64,000 bases of DNA from Octopus vulgaris (GCA_951406725.2 OX597818.1:144832001-144896000), one strand, 5' to 3'. Positions 24,620 to 38,133 are shown, counted from the stretch's first letter. Numbers and translations are program-made. The notes: generated by a model from the sequence alone, not told the origin.

Positions 24620-25737
24620 GGAATGTAGGACAAAAGCTCCATGGACAAAAGTCCCATGGTTATATTTTTCGATTATCTTTTCGTTTTTTTCACATTTTGC
24701 TTGTTTCAGTCATTAGATTGTGGCCATGCTGGGGCACCACCTTGAAGAATTTTTGGTCGCTGAAAAATCAGCATCTTAAAATATACATATTTAAAGTCTT
24801 TTGTTTTCTTCTCTCAGCACTTACAGATTAATGAGAATAAGTTGACCTTTTGAACTTTCTCCGGCCGTTGAAGGTCTAACAGAAAGCTAATCATTCAAAC
24901 ATATATCTTATCGTTTGCCTAAATAGGGAGATGGGTGTTTCTCCATTAAAACGACAAATTCTGGTTTTTGTGAAGAAAAAACACGTCAGAGACATGTGTA
25001 ATATTTACTTTCATTTTATGTGTGTATATATAGTCATTCAAATGTACTTCTTATCGTTTTTATGTTTCTACGCATTTCTTGAAGTTAATATGCTTTCCCT
25101 TTTGTTAAAATTCCGACAATATGGACATTGAGTAGTAAAGAGTCTGGTGTTCTGTTATTCTATTAATTGATGTTATTAAGGTTCATTTATTTTCATTTTT
25201 AAACTTCAAAATGGCAATCTTACGGTATAAGTACCAGTGTACTTCCGGAAAGACCGGATACATTTCAAAAAAGTGTTTTTTTTATATATGGGGGGGGGTA
25301 GGGTTAGGGTAGGGTTTCTGTTAGGATTAGGGTTAGGGTATGTGGCGATGCTTCGGTATATGTACACATGTGATTTTGTTTACATTTCTGAAGATAACAG
25401 AAAGCCTTTTCTTCCAACCCTAACACAAACCCTAACCCTAACAGAAACCCTAAAAAAACAATTTTTTGAAATGTATCCGGTACTTCCGGAATACAATCGA
25501 CTAAAAATTGCTCAAGATGGTGCCCCAGCATGGCCTCAGTCTAATGACTGCAACAAGTGAAAAGAAAAGCAAAAATGAATTGTATCACAGAAGTGGTTTT
25601 GATCAATCTTTAAAAAAAAAAAAAAATTCTGGGTTCCATACAGCCATCTAAAAAATCTTTAAAGTGGTGCCCCATCATGACTAACTGCAACAAGTAAAAA
25701 AAAAAAAAAAAAATTCATGGGGCTTTTGTCCAGACCC
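24620..25737. mobile_element. Putative non-autonomous Mutator-like DNA transposon with nested insertions
   Basis: 9-bp direct repeat tgtaatatt (24611-24619 and 25738-25746); imperfect TIRs gg..ggacaaaagctccatg / catggggcttttgtcc..ccc. Confidence 0.6.
25238..25495. mobile_element. Palindromic MITE with internal TTAGGG/CCCTAA tracts
   Basis: TIRs tgtacttccggaaagaccggatacatttcaaaaaa / ttttttgaaatgtatccggtacttccggaataca; no TSD seen. Confidence 0.75.
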
Positions 25738-26769
25738 TGTAATATTGATAGATGTTAGCTTTCACTTCAACATTAAAATGAAAGTGAGAAGAATGTAAAA
25801 TGAGTTGTTTAACCCTATCACTATATTCCTGACGAAACACATAGTCAGGTGCTTTTCTGAATTTTGAAAATAATCAAAAATATGGAAACATTTAATAAAT
25901 TAAGTTTGCTATTATTAAATTGTAGTTTGGAATATAACTTAACAGAAAATTCTCACAGAAAATGAGAATGTTTTAATTTAAATACATCTTAAAACAGGTA
26001 GTTTTGTATTCCTAGAATCAGTGATCTGAGCTAGGTTGCTATGAAAAAGGCAAAAGGGAGATGATTTAATCAGGCAATATAGAAACTGATATCTTGATAA
26101 AATTCCTTTATATTCTGAGTCAAATTCCACAAAGCTTAATGTTACCTTTTCATCTTTCTGAGGTTGAGAAAATAAAGTAGCTCAAATAGACTAATTCTAA
26201 CAACTAGTAAAAAAATAATATACTACAGCAACCATTCAAAGATGGCATGCCATGCAGTGCCTATTTCTTGTCATACTATGAAAGACTTTTAAGTGTTAGA
26301 ACCCAGTCAAATGTAAATGTGAGTTTAATCCCAAACTTTTTGCAGCAAGATTAGAAATGTTTTCTTCTCTGGGATAAAAGCTAGTTTCTATGATTTTTAG
26401 TGCATTATGAATTTTCTTCCTTATAGGCTAATTTTCATCATCATTACTCAGCCATCTAATTTATTTTGGTTACTGTCATATACTTGTACACACATGCAAT
26501 AACACACATACAAAAATATTCATAGTCTAACAGAGAAAGTGCTGCTGGTTTTAATCTCATTGGAGTTAGCTGAAAATCACCATCATTCAGTTGTTAAACC
26601 TGCATATTTTCCCTGGGGACCTTGGCACCAAAAGTGTTCAGTCAGAGCAAGGCTGGAAATATATTTTATCAACAGGTCTCTTTATCTCTTCATTGACCAG
26701 ACTGTTAAATATTTTTATACATCGCTTGTCACAATGCACCTCTATTCTTTGCTTGAGTGTGCTCTTCTC

Positions 26770-26955
26770 TTCCATTTGAACCCAATTTGTTTTTGTTGTC
26801 TTGTCATCTTGGACATGTTCTGGGTCCACTTGCTGTCTATGAGCCTTGTGACATGTCTAGCCCAACAAAACTTGTGCTTTCAGTATTCTGTGATCACACT
26901 GTCCAGTCCACTTCATCCTTGAATTACTTCTTATATGCAAGTGAGACATAAGTTA
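26770..26955 (-). mobile_element. Degraded RTE C-terminal fragment
   Basis: Minus strand CWARHVTRLIDSKWT resembles WAGHV.R..D.RWT. Confidence 0.5.
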
Positions 26956-28341
26956 CTCAGTGTTTAGCTAAACGACTAACCAGTTAGTGTTTTACAGACA
27001 TAATGAAAATATCATAACAGAGAACTGCCATTCATGTGAAATATCATGGGGATGGACAAAGAGTGGAGAGACACATTTCTAATTATATTAATAGCTTATG
27101 TAGGGACTGAATAGAGGTGACGTTAGGTGGAAGGAATACTTTAGTCATGTAGAGACAATCTCTCTAGCGCAATAGAGACATTCATGTTTTCTCTTGCAAT
27201 GAGTGGTAAGACACAGATTCATTCAACCAATGTCAGAATAGAAGAAAATGGATGTAAAATGATGATGGACAGTGAATTTAATCCTGCATTCTAGATCTGT
27301 CATTAATTTTCCCTGTAGTGCGATGTTGAATAACAAACAAAACAACTACAAAGCCAAGAAGCAGCCCCTACACAGTTACTAAATCTGTCAAAAATAGCAA
27401 CGAAATCTTTCTCAAATGATATGCAATTGTCTAAAAAAACAGAAAAAAAAGAAAGGATATATAGTATAATATACTCCTAGATACACATGGTCTGAAAATA
27501 TATATAAAAAAGATAGTATATGTCTGTTTATTTAAGGCTAACTGGAAGAATAATAACCACAACAATCTAATACAAACTGCCCATCTCCAAAGAACATCAC
27601 CACCACCAGTGTCACAGTGTCACTACCATCAAGCACAACTATAAACTAATACCAGCTACAACACCACCACCAACACAGTCACCACCATAGCTACCAACAA
27701 CAATGCTGCTACCACTACCACCACTACACAACAAAACAACCCAACTAATGGGCCATCACCATTATCACCAACATTGCCATCATTATGTACAACAATAAGC
27801 ACCACAAACTCATGTCCCACCCCACATACAACTACTAACATCAACCTCACTACTCCACCCCACCAGTGGACAACAACTTGTCTGATGGCTAAACTCTGCA
27901 GTGATTGCCATCAATCAATTCTAAAGAGCTCTCTGCAGGAGATGAAGAAATCAAGATCCAGTTTGTCACTCACAGCTGTCAAGCAATAGCAACAGCAAGA
28001 AGAAGAAAAAAAGTCTGTATGCAGTCATTCAACCTGCAAGAAATATCAGCCGGATCTTCTTCAAATCACATCCTTTAAAAAGAAAGATATGAGATAATAT
28101 AGTTCTAGATATACCAAATCTACAGTATGTTCACAGCTGTAATCCCTTAAGTCATAGGGTCTAATGAATCAGAGTTTTCCTGGGGTCAGACAACAACAGT
28201 AAATATAAATAATCTATTGTGCTAATGATGTACAAAGACTAAACTACTGGACTCATGTTGCTTAGCTTCATATCCCAGGAGTTTGTATTCTGCAGTAAAA
28301 ATGTCATGTTTTCTCTACAATTTGCTAAATATTACTTCTCT

Positions 28342-28667
28342 ATGGCTCAGTAGTTAGAGCGTCGAGCTTACGATCGTGAGGTTGTGAACTCGAATCCCGG
28401 ACCGGGCTGCGTGTTGTGTTCTTGAGCAAGGCACTTTATTTCACGTTGCTCCAGTTCACTCAGCTGTAGAAATGAGTTGCGACGTCACTGGTACCAAGCT
28501 GTATCGACCTTTGTCTTTCCCTTGGATAACACTGGTGGCGTGGAGCGGGGAGGCTGGTATGCATGGGCGATTGCTGGTCTTCCATAAACAACTTTGTCCG
28601 GACTTGTGCCTGGGAAGGTAACTTTCTAGTGCAATCCCATGGTCATTCATGACCGAAGGGGGTCTTT
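28342..28667 (+). mobile_element. tRNA-derived SINE, well preserved and CpG-rich
   Basis: A box TGGCTCAGTAGTTAGAGC, B box ACTCGAATCC, body cttgagcaaggcactttatttcacgttgctccag; relatives at 51495-51818, 54625-54870 (-) and 57765-57965. Confidence 0.85.
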
Positions 28668-28942
28668 AAGGCTTCATGGCATAATGAAATAAACCAGTAG
28701 TATACATGGAAATGCCATAGATATTTTGAAAATAATAAGATTGTTGGAATTTTATAGAGAACAATGAGATATATATATAATTTCACTAAAAATTTCGTTT
28801 TTTTTTAAATAAAGTATTTGATTCTCGAGAATCAAATTATCAGTCTAAATTATCAGTCTCATCTTGAAGGTTATTAATTATTACTTTTACTACGAGAAGC
28901 AACTCTTCTACTGAGCTGTAGAGTCTAAACAGTATATATGAC

Positions 28943-29077
28943 AGTGTGGTGAAGAAGTTCGCTTCCCAACCACATGGTTCAGGTTCGAGTCCCACTGCAT
29001 GGCACCTTGGGCAAGTGTCTTCTATAGCCTCAAACCAACCAAAGCCTTCTGAGTTGAATTGGAAGACAGGAACTGAA

Positions 29078-29119
<42 letters not shown>

Positions 29120-29360
29120 ATGCGTGTGTTCTTGTCATGGCATCATGCGACAGTTGTAAAATCAAGTGTTATTGTTACACAAGCAGTGTTGTTCATTTCT
29201 AATCTTTTGTGGAAACATATCCAACCTCGAAAAAAATATTTTGCATGGAAATAGAAAGTTGGCTTTGAGAAGGGCACCTGGTTGTAGAAAACTTACCACA
29301 TGAATTCTATCTGATCCATGCAAGTATGGAAGAGTGAGCATTAAAAACAAATGGGGATGA
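28943..29360 (+). mobile_element. tRNA-head SINE + (TG)n + RTE-like tail
   Basis: Head gtgtggtgaagaagttcgcttcccaacc...ggttcgagtccc; tail gaagggcacctggttgtagaaa...ccatgcaagtatggaa. Confidence 0.75.
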
Positions 29361-29458
29361 TATATCAGAAATGCAGTCTCAGATATAGCTGTGTGATTAA
29401 GTTGTTTGCTTTGCAACTATGTGGCTTTGGATTTGGCCCTACAGTTTACAGTTGTTTA

Positions 29459-29767
29459 TCTTTATATATAAAACTGAAGTTGTGTGTGTGAGACTCTGTC
29501 TCCTCCGATTTAGATTCCTAACTACTCCCACATTTTGCGGTGCAGTTTAACCAAAAGCGGGTATCTTATAGTCGTGATTCATATCGAGCCCTTCTGGGTA
29601 TTAACGCGCATCTACGATGAGTCTACGATTTAAAAAAAAAATTTACCATCATTTATTTGCATTTTTAATGCATTTTTGCTCGGTTTATATAAGGGAAGTA
29701 ACTCTCTAAAAATGCTTATATAGTTATTTCCCTTATAAACCCGAGCAACTCCGGGCGATACTGCTAG
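29459..29767 (+). mobile_element. Non-autonomous Helitron
   Basis: a|TCTTTATATATAAAA start, subterminal hairpin cccg-agcaactc-cggg, CTAG|t end, no TSD. Confidence 0.88.
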
Positions 29768-29909
29768 TACCTTATAAACTAAGCTAATTTAACAAATAGA
29801 AATTAAGAGAATAAGCAACCAGACTTAAATATAAATTCTGAGGCTGATATAATTGACTAAAACCTTCAAGGCACCATCATGGTTGTATTTCAATGATAAA
29901 AGATATATC

Positions 29910-30272
29910 TTTTATCTTTAACTTGCTTCAGTCATTAGACTGTGGCCATGCTGGAGCACTGCCTTGAAGAATTTTAGTCAAACTTATCGACCCCAGTGTT
30001 TCTTTTTTTGTAAAGCCTGGGACTTATTCTATCAGTCTCTTTTGCCAAACCACTAGGTTACAAGATGTAAACACACAACACTGGTTGTCAAGTGGTGGTG
30101 GGGGGACAAACGTACATAATCACACACACACACACGACAGGCTTCTTTCAGTTTCTGTCAACCAAATCCACTCACAAGACTTTGGTCACTTCTGAAGGTT
30201 CTGTGCAGTGGGACTGAACCTGGAACGATGTAGTTGGGAAGCAAACTTCAAACCATGCAGCCATGCCTGCAC
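29910..30272 (-). mobile_element. Modular tRNA-derived SINE (same family as 11805-12690)
   Basis: Shared head and tail sequences. Confidence 0.8.
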
Positions 30273-30301
30273 CTATGTGTGTGCATATATGCACACACAC
30301 A

Positions 30302-30347
<46 letters not shown>

Positions 30348-30374
30348 ACTTGATTTAAAATATTTATTTCTCAG

Positions 30375-30670
30375 TCAATTGTCCTATGAATTATATAAAT
30401 ATTTCTAACATCGATAATAGATACTGTGCTAGATTTTGTTTTATAGTTTATCAGTTAATCAACTTACAATAATATGTTGTGCGTATAATAGATTGTTTTT
30501 GATTTCAGTTCATAGTTTATCAAATTGTCTGATGAATAATATAAATGTTGTGTGTATAATAGATTATGTCGTTGATTTTCTTCCATAGTTTATCAGTACG
30601 TCATCTTATGAATAATACAAATGTTGTGGGCATAATGGATTATGTCTTCAATTTCATTCCATAGCTATAG
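30375..30670. repeat. Diverged ~71-76-bp AT-rich tandem repeat (3-4 units)
   Basis: atgttgtg.gtataatagatt...catagtttatca recurs at 30474, 30545 and 30621. Confidence 0.75.
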
Positions 30671-30981
30671 TGTTCAATATAATATAGATGGTAGAAATGT
30701 TATAGATTATTAGGATTGGCAAACTCATTAGTACAGCATCAATCAAACTATTCTGTGGTATTTATTCCAGTGCTTTATGTCCTGAGTTCAAATCCTACTA
30801 AAGTTAAATTTGCCTTTCATTCCTCTAGGGTCAATAAAATATAGCATCAATCAAGTACTGGCATTGCTAAAAGCATCTGTTTGACTCCCTTAAACTTCAG
30901 GGATTTGTGTTTATGTTAGAAACAATTATTATTTATATTTATTTTGTATCTTCCATTTTACACACACACTCACACACACAT

Positions 30982-31031
<50 letters not shown>

Positions 31032-32931
31032 ACACAGAGACACACACACACACACACACGCGCACGTACATTCATCCTCATTTTACACAGGTTTCATAGT
31101 CTGCCCTTCTTTCAGAGAATTGCTTTCACTGTTATTTATCCTCGGATTATCCATGATTAAATGAACAGGCCTATAATCAAAATATGTTCCAGCCTTGATC
31201 AAAAAAGTAATTTCTTTTTCAGAGGGATTCAGCTATTTTCAGTAGGTAACAAACAAGCATATAGCTTGTTAGTCTGCTTGAGAAGACCCTTGTTTCCAAA
31301 AACATAGCAACTTCCTCCACAAACATGTTGTATCTTCCCATTATCTTTTCTAACGCTAATCATGGCCTCAGTTCCTTGGAACAGGCTCGTCTCATACCTC
31401 TGTCACTCAAGTATCTCTAACTCACTTGTCCTAACTATTGTCACTTTTGTTGCATCCAACCTCTCTGGCTCTGCACTAACTACTGTGTGTAATTCTTCTC
31501 CAGAATATTGCTTCTTTGGAGTTTTCTCCTAGCACATGCCTTTCCCTGCAGGTGTTGATCAATAGTTTAAATGGAATATTAATGGCATCAAGCTTACAAA
31601 TTCCAAAGATCCTGCAAAGTTCATGGGCACTAGTCCTTTGGCCAGATGCAGCAAATAAAGAAAAGGAAATACCATATTCCTGGCATAGCCTTGTGGTTAA
31701 AAGGCCTGCTTCACAACCACAACATTCTGGGTTTGATTCCTGGGCATAGTAACTTGGTAAAGTGCCTACCATAGCATATGGTTGACTAAAATTTTGTAAA
31801 TAGAATTTGACAGAATGAAATTGAGCAGAAGCCAGTCATGTGTGTGTGTGTGCGTGTGTGTGTGCGTGTGTGTCTAAGTATGCGTATATCTTTTGCTAAT
31901 ATGTATCAACAAAGAATGTAAATATAACTGAGCAAACCGAATATTGTGACAAAACTGTTCTTTAATTAGATTTCGTGATATTTTGTTCTTCATCAAATTA
32001 CAGATGCTCCTTTGTCACCCCTACCACCAAAAATAAAATCAATGATATATATATATATATATCTTCAAACCGAGATATGAAATAAATAGAGAATAAATTA
32101 CACTAATTACTTGACCAAATTGTGGTCTTTATCTCACTGATTCCACTATTCATTACTTGTGTACATCTGACATATCTACTACCCCAGTTTCTAATGAAGA
32201 ATAATTAATCAAATAAATAAGAATATTTACTTAATGAGTCTTCCATGGCTGCATCATGAAATACAGCAAAGGTGATATTTTGCTGATGAGTATAGAATAT
32301 GACTGAAACATCAGTTACCTTCCATACTTGCCGGTAAAATAAAAACCGGTCCTGATCATTTATGTTGGTTTTTCCTCACTGCATATTTATCTCGAGTTAG
32401 CTTTTAATGCACCACACATTAAATATATTAACACTTAGATATAAAATGAGAATTTGCCAAGGGGACACATAAATTTATTTATTTTTAATGAAGCACACCT
32501 TTTTTAAGTGTGAAAGAGAAAAAAATGTGTTAGTTAAGTGACTTTATACTAATACTCTACATATACATTATTTTATCCACACTATTTCTACTCCAATGCA
32601 TTTGGGGGTTAAAATATAGCATCTTCGAATTCTAGCGTGATTTCAAAATTGGCAAGGTGTTCAGTAATCTCTATTTGATTAAGGGTGTTATTATGGTGCT
32701 GTTGTTTAGCCCAAGGTCAACTCTTATTCAGCAGACTTACAATCAAAGTACTCCAGCCATGAATACACTTCCTTTTCTTGTTGGACAGTGTAGATAGGAC
32801 AGGGTGTGATTTGACAGACATTTGGCTACAATTTCCAAAAAGTTGAGCAGCCACATAGAGGTTCTAGGTATTTTATAAGTGTTTCGGTAGAAGGAATGAG
32901 AAAGATTGATATATAAAGAGAGAGAGTGTGT

Positions 32932-33233
32932 AAACACCCACAAAGTTATCAACCACCTCACCAACAACAACACTGAACACCTTTTTGATCTCCATGTGTC
33001 TAACACACGTGGACATGCCTACAAAGTCAGAAAACAATACAGCTCCCATGACTTTCGGAAACATTTTTTCACGCTCAGAGTTGCTGAAGCATGGAATAAA
33101 CTGCCTGCGTCAGTTGTTGACTGCCATGACACTGCATCTTTTAAGGCCCTCATGCTTTCCGAAATCCGCCGAAACTTCACCTGATTATATATACACTTTA
33201 GATGAGTTGTAGTGCACCTGAGCACTGTACACA

Positions 33234-33262
<29 letters not shown>
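32932..33262 (+). mobile_element. CR1-group LINE 3' end with (TTA)n tail and 20-bp TSD
   Basis: NTRGHAYKV...RKHFFTLRVAEAWNKLPASVV; TSD tataaagagagagagtgtgt at 32912-32931 and 33263-33282. Confidence 0.9.
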
Positions 33263-33266
<4 letters not shown>

Positions 33267-34104
33267 AAGAGAGAGAGTGTGTGAAACAATGAATAGGAAA
33301 AGAATTTAGAAATGTTAAGTACAAGGGAGATAAATGTAAATATTTAAATGAAGGTTGCACATTTTTGATTCAAGCAATTTGTGCTCTGATCAGTATATTT
33401 ATATGGAAATTTAAAATTCAATAAAGCCAAATGGCTTTAAAACTAAACTGGAATAAATGTAGAAGGATATTATTATTATTATTATTATTATTGAAATATC
33501 AAGCTGAAATGAAATTCAGTGAATAACAATATTGTTTATCAATTTGAATTTTATATACGATAAATTAGAAGTTAATTCATGTTGAAATTTGGTTTCTGCA
33601 AATCTTTCTATTCAACTCCACCTCATGCTTCAGGTTTTGGAAAAAACAGAAAACGGAAAAAAAAAAAAAAAATCAATTTTAACAATTCAAAATGTTTGAA
33701 TTGGTTGCTGGGCAAGAATGGAATTGATTTCCATTCTTTGGTTTAAACGTGTCTCTATGGAAAAGTCACACTTCCAGTTGATTTATTCTTAGTAATTACC
33801 GTAGAACTATGAAATAGGAATTTAAAGAAAATCAGGAAGGTGTGTAATAAGAGGATGACTTAAATGTCAAACCAGCTGGGCAGTAGATAATTGAATATCA
33901 ATAACTAAGCCCCTCCAACATGCTACCATGAATATTATCATACACACACACACATGCACGCATGCACGCATGCACGCATGCACACATGCATACACACAAG
34001 AGCGGATAAAGAAAATATATTTTATCTATATCATGGATTACTAATAGTCAATAAATCAAACTTTTATTATGATTTATCTCATGTATGAGTATAGCACAGA
34101 TGTA

Positions 34105-34264
34105 TCTGTGTGATTACGAAAATTGCTTCCCAACCATGTGGGCTCAAATTCAGCCCCACTGTGTGACACTTTGGGTAAGAACCCTTTGATACAGACCCTG
34201 ATTGCCCAAAACCTAGTGAGTGAGTTTCAAAGATGGAAACTGATAGAAGCATGTCATGAGCGTG

Positions 34265-34325
<61 letters not shown>

Positions 34326-34568
34326 CCTTGTCTTGACATCATGTGGTATTTGTAATTAAGCATCACTGTTGTACGAGTGATGTTGTTCATTTCCAGTGTT
34401 CCATGGTAAAAAATGTCTAAGCACAAGAAACGTTACCTTGCTTGGAAACAGGTAAGGGTTGGGAACAGGGTGGGCATCAAGCCATAGAAAATCTGCCTTA
34501 ACAAAATTCCATTTGACCCTTGCAAACATAGAAAAATGGACATTAAAATGATGATGATGATAATGATG
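34105..34568 (+). mobile_element. tRNA-head SINE + (TG)n + RTE-like tail ending (GAT)n
   Basis: Tail gggcatcaagccatagaaaat...gaaaaatggacattaaaatgatgatga matches the RTE 3' end at 19933-20090. Confidence 0.78.
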
Positions 34569-35070
34569 AATGTACATATGTTAGTATATATGTTAATGTG
34601 ATTGTGTGTGTGTGTGTGTGTGCACAAAGAAAGAATAAATCCCAATAGATTTAAGAGATGGTAAATAAGACTTGTGATTTTCATATCTTTTTAAAGAGCC
34701 TTAAAACCATGGCAGGGTGAGACAATGAAAATCTGGGTCACACAACTGCCTTGCCATAAGCTTACTACCTTGACTATTGTTAAGAGAACAATAAATCATT
34801 AGTAATTTAGTAATGACAAAAGTAATGAGAAGTGAAGTGAGAGAAATGGTTTTAAACTGGACTGAAAGTTTTTCCATATTTAGTGACTTTCATTTCTGTT
34901 CCAAGTTCAAATCCAACTTCATTCAGTTTTCTTCTATCATTCTTATAAAATTGATGAGAATCTGGTATATATATATCTAACTGAATTTTTAACAATAATA
35001 TCTTGCAATCAACAAACTTGTAACCTTTCACCAACTTAGAAAATAAATTTGTCAATAACTTTATAATATA

Positions 35071-35600
35071 CTAGCTTAAAAGCTGCACTCTCTGTGTACT
35101 TTTAAGCTGGCTCCCGCTGAGGGCTAATTGGACCTGCAGCCCCAAACTAGAGGGAGCTAAATAGCATGACTATAATATGTCTATAATGACTATATGCCCT
35201 GGTGGCATTTGATCAGAGGTTAAGGATGGATGAGAATTAATTCTGTAATGCAATCATTCTATTGTTCCAGTTCCAAGTTGAATTCCAATTGTTGGCCAAT
35301 TTGTTCTAAAATTCTCATCTCAATGTAAAATTAACAAGGCAAAGGTCATTTATCTCTCCCTTGATCTCTGACATCATCTGATAAATGCCAATCAAGATGG
35401 AATGAATCAGCCAAGCATTACCTGCTAGAAATAGCAACCCAAATGCTTTAGATCCCAATGCTGGATGTTTAAGAACCAAATGAAGTGCAGATTCTCAATC
35501 CCAGGATCATCCTGATTCCAAAAAGGTATAATATGTCTATGTAGACAGAGTTACAGGGGTCCCAGATGGGCAGACAGAATTTCGCTTTTATTATTATAGA
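35071..35600 (-). mobile_element. Non-autonomous Helitron (older family)
   Basis: Minus strand a|TCTATAATAATAAAAGCGAAA ... CTAG|t; subterminal hairpin is weak. Confidence 0.65.
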
Positions 35601-35722
35601 TGTTAGTAAATCTGAATATTACAAGTTAAATAGATTTCCACAGCTTTGTAAATTTCCTAATGTATGATCACTACATCTAGGACTGCCTCCAAAAACCTGA
35701 CATGGGTTATGGACATGTTGAA

Positions 35723-35766
<44 letters not shown>

Positions 35767-36904
35767 TTGTTCATTTTTATGTCTATTTTTCTCTGTTAGC
35801 ATGGGTTAGATGGATATATTATTGAGGCATAGTGCTGTTCCTGTTGCTAATCCATAATTGTATTTAAAGTGAGAGTTCTGTTATTTCCCAAATATTTAAA
35901 GGCTCAAAACCAGCAGATGATTTGTTTGGAGGAGAAATGACGATAGCACACTGCTTCTAGCTCAGTTATCTTTGAAGAAGTGCAGATATGAACAAACATA
36001 CAAGTACACACATGCACACACGATGGGCTTTTTTAAATTTCTGTCAATCAATTGCACTCACAACCTTCGATTGGTCTGGGGCTGGATTAGGAAACACTTG
36101 CCCAAGGTGCTGCAAAGTGACACTAAATTTGAAACAGCATGGTTGTGAAGCAAATGTCTTAATTACACAGTGATGCCTGTGTATATGTGTGTGTATGTAT
36201 GTAAGTATGTATACAAATATATAGATGTGTGTGTGTGTGTGTATATGTATGCATGTATATATGTTTATGTATGTATGTGTATATATTTGTAAGATGTATG
36301 TGCATATATGTGTATATATTTGTATAGATATATGTGCATATGTGTGTATACATATGTGTGTGTATATATGTATGTATGTGTATATATATGTATGTATGTA
36401 TCCACACACGCACACACACATACATAGCTGCATGGTCAAGAGGTTCGCTTTGTAGTCATGATGTTCCAAGTTCAATCCAATAACGTGGTATCTTGGTAGG
36501 TGTCTTTTGCTATAGCCTAAAGACAATCACAGCCTTGTGATTGAAACTGAGATTTAAAATAATTCAAAGCAACTACTGGATGGACTGTACCAGAATTTCA
36601 AAGGACAGACATGTCATGTGCTATCATGCTAACATTTCTTGAGAGTTGTCTTAAGAATATACATGCTTTTGGAATATTCAGGCACTTATATGCAAATGCA
36701 ATGAATAGATTTTTCTACTGATCAGACAGTTTGAACATCCATTGTTGAAACCAACAGCTAAGTTACTACACACACACACACACATGCACACGCACATGCA
36801 CACACACACACACATACACACACACAGAGGCATCTCTCTGTCTCTGTCTCTCTCCATATATACAGTGTTGCATTCATTTAAATTTTATTATTTTTACAAT
36901 AATA

Positions 36905-37333
36905 ATAGGAATTTTGAGGGGAAAGTGGTTAGTGAGTACCAATGCCCCTGGTACTTGACTGCTACCTGATTTTATTGATTTCACAGGAATAAAAGCAAAA
37001 TTGACCTTAGTGGGTTTTAAACTCAGAACATAGATTTGTAACTAAATACTTGAAGTTCAACATCCTGGAGATCCTGCCATTCCACCACTACCACCAATAA
37101 TAATAATAATAATGATAATAATCCTTTCTACTAAAGGCACAAGGCCTGAAATTTCATGGGAGGGACTAGTCGATTATATCAACACCAGTGCATAACTGGT
37201 ACTTAATTTATTGACCCCAAAAGGATGAAAGGCGAAGTTGACCTTGGAGGAATTTGAACTCAGAACATAATGGCAGACGAAATACCACTAAGCATTTAGC
37301 CTAGCATGCTAAAGATTCTACTAGCTTGCCACC

Positions 37334-37365
<32 letters not shown>

Positions 37366-38056
37366 GATGCTGCTGCTGATGATAATAATAAAAATAATAA
37401 TTGTCCCAAATTTAGGAACAAATAAAGCCAGCAACATTGAAGGGAGGGTTAATCGATTAAATTGATCCCAGTGATTTAATGGTACTTTTATTGACCTCAC
37501 AAGGATGAAAGGGAAACAGCAGGAATTAAACTTGGGAAGTAAAGAGTTACAAGAAATACCAAGGGGCATTTTATTTACTTCTCTAATGGTTCTGCTATAG
37601 GTACCTTATAATAATGGTTTCAAATTTTGGCACAAGGCCAGAAATTTTGGGGAGGTGGGTAAGTCGATTACATCAACCCCAGTGCTTCCTTGGTATTTAA
37701 TTTATCGACCTCGAAAGGATGAAAGCCAAAGCCGACCTCAGTGGAATTTGAACTCAGAACGTTAAAGGCAGACGAAATACTGCAACACATTTTATCTGGC
37801 ATGCAAACAATTCTGCCAGCTTGCTGCCTTAATAATGATAATAATAATAATTTCTACTATAGGCACAAGGCCTGAAATTCTGGGGGAAGGAGTTAGTCGA
37901 TTGCATCGACCCCAGTGCGTAACTGGTTCCTTATGTCACTGGCCCTGAAAAGATGAAAGGCAAAGTCAACCTTGGCGGTTTTTGAACTCAAAATGCAAAA
38001 GGCGGATGAAATGCTGCTAAGCATTTCGGCCAAACGATTCTACCAGCTCGCCGCCT

Positions 38057-38058
<2 letters not shown>
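36905..38058 (-). mobile_element. Head-to-tail stack of 5 copies of the ~210-bp SINE
   Basis: Copies at ~36905, 37120, 37400, 37612 and 37850, all in one orientation, separated by (AAT)n/(ACT)n. Confidence 0.85.

Positions 38059-38133
<75 letters not shown>

Noticed and set aside
25290-25455. Chromosome end-to-end fusion scar
   Set aside because: Tracts are short, degenerate and enclosed by TIRs; better explained as a MITE
28342-28410. tRNA gene
   Set aside because: No complete acceptor stem, and it continues into a multi-copy SINE body
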